From the NCBI GenBank assembly GCA_021811565.1, contig JAJZOL010000147.1, positions 1-61,714 of the forward strand: a stretch of DNA of 61,714 nt, read 5' to 3'. The DNA comes from a bacterium (GTDB taxonomy: Bacteria > Armatimonadota > Chthonomonadetes > Chthonomonadales > CAJBBX01). Both the position numbers and the translations under genes were made by a program. The notes under the pieces are model-generated. The model ran no database searches, had not been told where the DNA came from, and saw only the letters and a list, made by a program, of their open reading frames with translations. Shown one piece after another: positions 59,012 to 61,714 of this stretch. The first letter of the stretch is position 1, and every line of letters begins with the position of its first letter.

Positions 59012-60163
59012 TCAATTGGTAACAATGAGTTCGACATTTGCGCGAGGCACAATCACCTCCGAGCCATCATCGAGACGCGCCTTCAATACGCGAACCTTCG
59101 TCTCGGATTCCACGGTCTGTAATTCGGCGGGCAATTCAATCACACGTCCCAAACCGCCGAAATTCGGTTCCCTGATAATGCGAATATATGATCCTATATC
59201 CAAAGCCCCTCCATCGTTTTTTCCATCCGAGGCATCCAAACAGGGAGATGTGGAAAGAGGTGTGATCACCTCCGGACGAATCACTCCGGCTCTTATCTGA
59301 GTGGCTCCGTTGAAAGAGCACTCTTTTCCCTCCAATGAGCGTAACAGTTCAAAGGTCCTTTTCGCCATGGAGATGGTTCCGAACCCTTCGGTGAGTATGA
59401 GTGAAAATGGAATCGGCTCGTGACCCGTAATCGCCACGCCTATGTCGTAATTGGGATCGTTCAGATATTTCCTCATAAAAGCGATAAGATCCTTGTCCAC
59501 GATCGCCCCCACGATTAATCCCGCGACCCCCATTTCCACCGCCTTTTCAAGGGCTTCCCCTGTCACCGAGCTACCGCCCACGAGAAGGCAACCTTTGTGT
59601 TCAGAGCGGATATCATCCCCCTTGATCTCTCTCTCCTTGTCGGAATGGGGTATCACGATAGCGCCTCGCCTCTCCCCTCCAACTCCGAAAATGCCCTGCA
59701 CTAACGCACCGTAACACTCCACGATGACTCCTTCGCTCTCTATCACCTGGGTGATGGTCCCCTCAACGTAGGCGTCTCTTTCTATTGGAGTGGGGGGTTG
59801 ACGAATCTGAAGATGTCCTGTTTGGGGGGAGATTACCTCCAGGATGCCATCAACAGTGGATTTCACCTCGCTCTTGAATAGACCGAACAGCCCTTTGGAC
59901 TTCGCGAGCAGGTCACCCTTCCGGATACGATCCCCCACCTTCACTTGCAGAGCGGATGCAACATCAGCGGGCTCCACCCCAAGCAACTCCGCCAATTTGA
60001 TCGTTTGCATAATTCCAGGAAGATCGGTTTTCGCTACGACCGTGTCCGGATTCACCCGATCTCCGACTTTAACCAGCACATCGCCTTTCAGTGGCAGGCG
60101 ACGCACCTTTTCAATTCGCGTGTATTCACTGACCTTTAATCCCGGCGTATAGGCGGTTCCCAT
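59012..60163 (-). CDS. Conserved hypothetical protein with two barrel-sandwich-hybrid-like modules and a KOW-like C-terminus
   Basis: LVKVGDRV and LQVKVGDRI.KGDLLA repeats; QGIFGVGGE, TEGFG, NGATQIRAGVIRPE; IRIIREP.FG..G.V. Confidence 0.7.
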   Translation of the reverse strand: MGTAYTPGLKVSEYTRIEKVRRLPLKGDVLVKVGDRVNPDTVVAKTDLPGIMQTIKLAELLGVEPADVASALQVKVGDRIRKGDLLAKSKGLFGLFKSEVKSTVDGILEVISPQTGHLQIRQPPTPIERDAYVEGTITQVIESEGVIVECYGALVQGIFGVGGERRGAIVIPHSDKEREIKGDDIRSEHKGCLLVGGSSVTGEALEKAVEMGVAGLIVGAIVDKDLIAFMRKYLNDPNYDIGVAITGHEPIPFSLILTEGFGTISMAKRTFELLRSLEGKECSFNGATQIRAGVIRPEVITPLSTSPCLDASDGKNDGGALDIGSYIRIIREPNFGGLGRVIELPAELQTVESETKVRVLKARLDDGSEVIVPRANVELIVTN

Positions 60164-60238
60164 CCCATCTCCTCATCACCTAATAGGTAATTGATCACTC
60201 TCCATTGATGTTGTTGCTCAAGAACGCATTTGTCGCCT

Positions 60239-60949
60239 CTAAAAGCGTCTTCCCTCAAGATCGGTTAATTCATCTTCATTCCGATAGGTAGCCTTAAGAT
60301 CACCCATAATCACGCTTCCCGTGGGTTCTGGGACTTTGTGCATCTTTGTGAGATTTTTCGACACATCATCCCAGTTTTTGAGATTGACGCTTTGATTATA
60401 TCCGCCTCCGTATTTCTCGATCACCAGCGGAGCATCGCTAAGCCTTCCTATTTCCTCCAATCGTTTCCGTCTCGCCAAATCCCCCGGACGAACGTTCATG
60501 GAAATCCCGCCGAGCATGGAGTTGTAAGCGTAGCTGCATTTATCGTGGGTATGATCCAAAGGACAGTGGAAATAAGTTTCAACTGAGAAACCCGTGCCCG
60601 TGGTTGCGGTGATATCGCTCTCAGCCGCATCCTGCCAGTCATTGGCGTTTGGCAAGGTATCATCCCAATCCCCGGCGTAGTTTTTAATGCCTTGAGAGAT
60701 TTTACGCACATTGTTCTGGCAAACTTGAAAATTGCGATTTTGAATCATGCCCATCACAACCGGCTTCAATGCCATATAGAGGAGGAAACAGATAATCACG
60801 ATAACCACCTGTTGCATCCTCATGCGCTCCTTCAGTCCGATGCGCCATGTGGAGCGTTTTCGCCTAGGCGTGTTGGAATCATTTTCGTTCAATTTCAAAT
60901 GACGATCGCTTCCTTTTCCATCGGTACGTAAGACCTTATTTTCCGGCAC
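60239..60949 (-). CDS. Membrane-anchored DUF1559-like protein without a prepilin motif
   Basis: Single TM, then CQNNVRKISQGIKNYAGDWDDTLP, FHCP.D, SYAYN. Start uncertain. Confidence 0.6.
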   Translation of the reverse strand: MPENKVLRTDGKGSDRHLKLNENDSNTPRRKRSTWRIGLKERMRMQQVVIVIICFLLYMALKPVVMGMIQNRNFQVCQNNVRKISQGIKNYAGDWDDTLPNANDWQDAAESDITATTGTGFSVETYFHCPLDHTHDKCSYAYNSMLGGISMNVRPGDLARRKRLEEIGRLSDAPLVIEKYGGGYNQSVNLKNWDDVSKNLTKMHKVPEPTGSVIMGDLKATYRNEDELTDLEGRRF

Positions 60950-61714
60950 CTGGCATGGTGGTAATAAACGAGCGAACTTGAAATATGCTCGACCGCGAAC
61001 GCTTCGGAGAGAAGCTCATGCAACTCCTTGCGGGTGAACCTTATGAAGTAAATCCCCCCTGCGTGCTCCCCCTCTCTTTCTCCGAATAGACGCATCAGCA
61101 ACGAGTGGTTATACGCCGATATAGCCGAATTCCCCCCGACACGGAGCACGCGAGACATACCCTTTAAAGCGTTCACGCGCGTTTCATGAGTTGGAATATG
61201 CTCCAAAACGCCGCAACTGACCACCCGATCCACGGATTCGGTTTTAATGGGAAGACGGCAAAGATCCGCCTGGATCAAATCCACGTTACGGATTCCTTTT
61301 CTCATTAATTTCTCGCGGTTCACACGAAGCGATTCCCATGAAAAATCCACGGATACCACTCGGCGGCATCTGTGCGAGAAAACATGCGTCATCCTGCCCG
61401 TGCCGCATCCGCCTTCCAGCAACGTATGATCCGAAGCCATGGAAAGCATGGAGAGCGTCATGGGAATCTCCGCCAAGCCATACAGACTGAGATACCACAT
61501 CTTATCATACGCTTCAACCTGATCATCCCTCGCACTCATTTCAGAGAGCTTGGCGGAGACGACTTGGTCTTCAGTGCGTTCATCCTCCTCGGTCAAATCA
61601 CTCGGCATGAGTTGCGCGATCCCTTCGCGAATCGGATAGTATCTGCCGCAGGATGGGCAATGAATCTCCCCCGTCAAAATCTCCCCGTCTGCAAAGGTGA
61701 GATCATGATATCTC
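60895..61714 (-). CDS. Trm112-like zinc ribbon plus class I SAM-dependent methyltransferase (5' end off the window)
   Basis: CPSCGRYYPIREGI, LEGGCGTG, VDFS, QADL..LP...D.V...VLEH. The frame stays open to the window edge. Confidence 0.85.
   Translation of the reverse strand, partial: RYHDLTFADGEILTGEIHCPSCGRYYPIREGIAQLMPSDLTEEDERTEDQVVSAKLSEMSARDDQVEAYDKMWYLSLYGLAEIPMTLSMLSMASDHTLLEGGCGTGRMTHVFSHRCRRVVSVDFSWESLRVNREKLMRKGIRNVDLIQADLCRLPIKTESVDRVVSCGVLEHIPTHETRVNALKGMSRVLRVGGNSAISAYNHSLLMRLFGEREGEHAGGIYFIRFTRKELHELLSEAFAVEHISSSLVYYHHARCRKIRSYVPMEKEAIVI

Overview
About 61.7 kb of gene-dense bacterial chromosome. The gene content suggests Armatimonadota (DUF1559 prepilin-like proteins, FlgD-Ig-tailed secreted protein, Gly-rich STN protein); this is inferred, not tested. 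I found no rRNA, tRNA, CRISPR array or transposase. The standout is a roughly 20 kb divergently transcribed locus (6058-26205). Its left arm encodes a ferredoxin, a radical SAM enzyme resembling the archaeal GDGT ring/bridge synthases (Grs/Gms), a squalene-hopene-cyclase-like enzyme, a DUF116-polyprenyl synthase fusion and a CxxC-bearing GT4. Its right arm encodes two membrane-anchored PQQ-like beta-propellers, an NHL protein with a CGCC motif, a Tat-type Cys microprotein, a Tat polyferredoxin, a NapH-like membrane Fe-S protein and an orphan NuoE/NuoF (HydC-HydB-like) fusion with electron-bifurcation signatures. Together these are a candidate undescribed terpenoid-lipid and redox system. The rest holds glycoside hydrolases, secreted proteins, an ECF sigma factor with candidate promoters, glcDF, 2-oxoacid dehydrogenase E1/E2, gyrB, an elongated nusB, apbE, and a NfeD-flotillin pair. 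There are also three diverged copies of an 89-90 bp MITE-like inverted-repeat element. All family calls come from reading motifs by eye; no searches were run.
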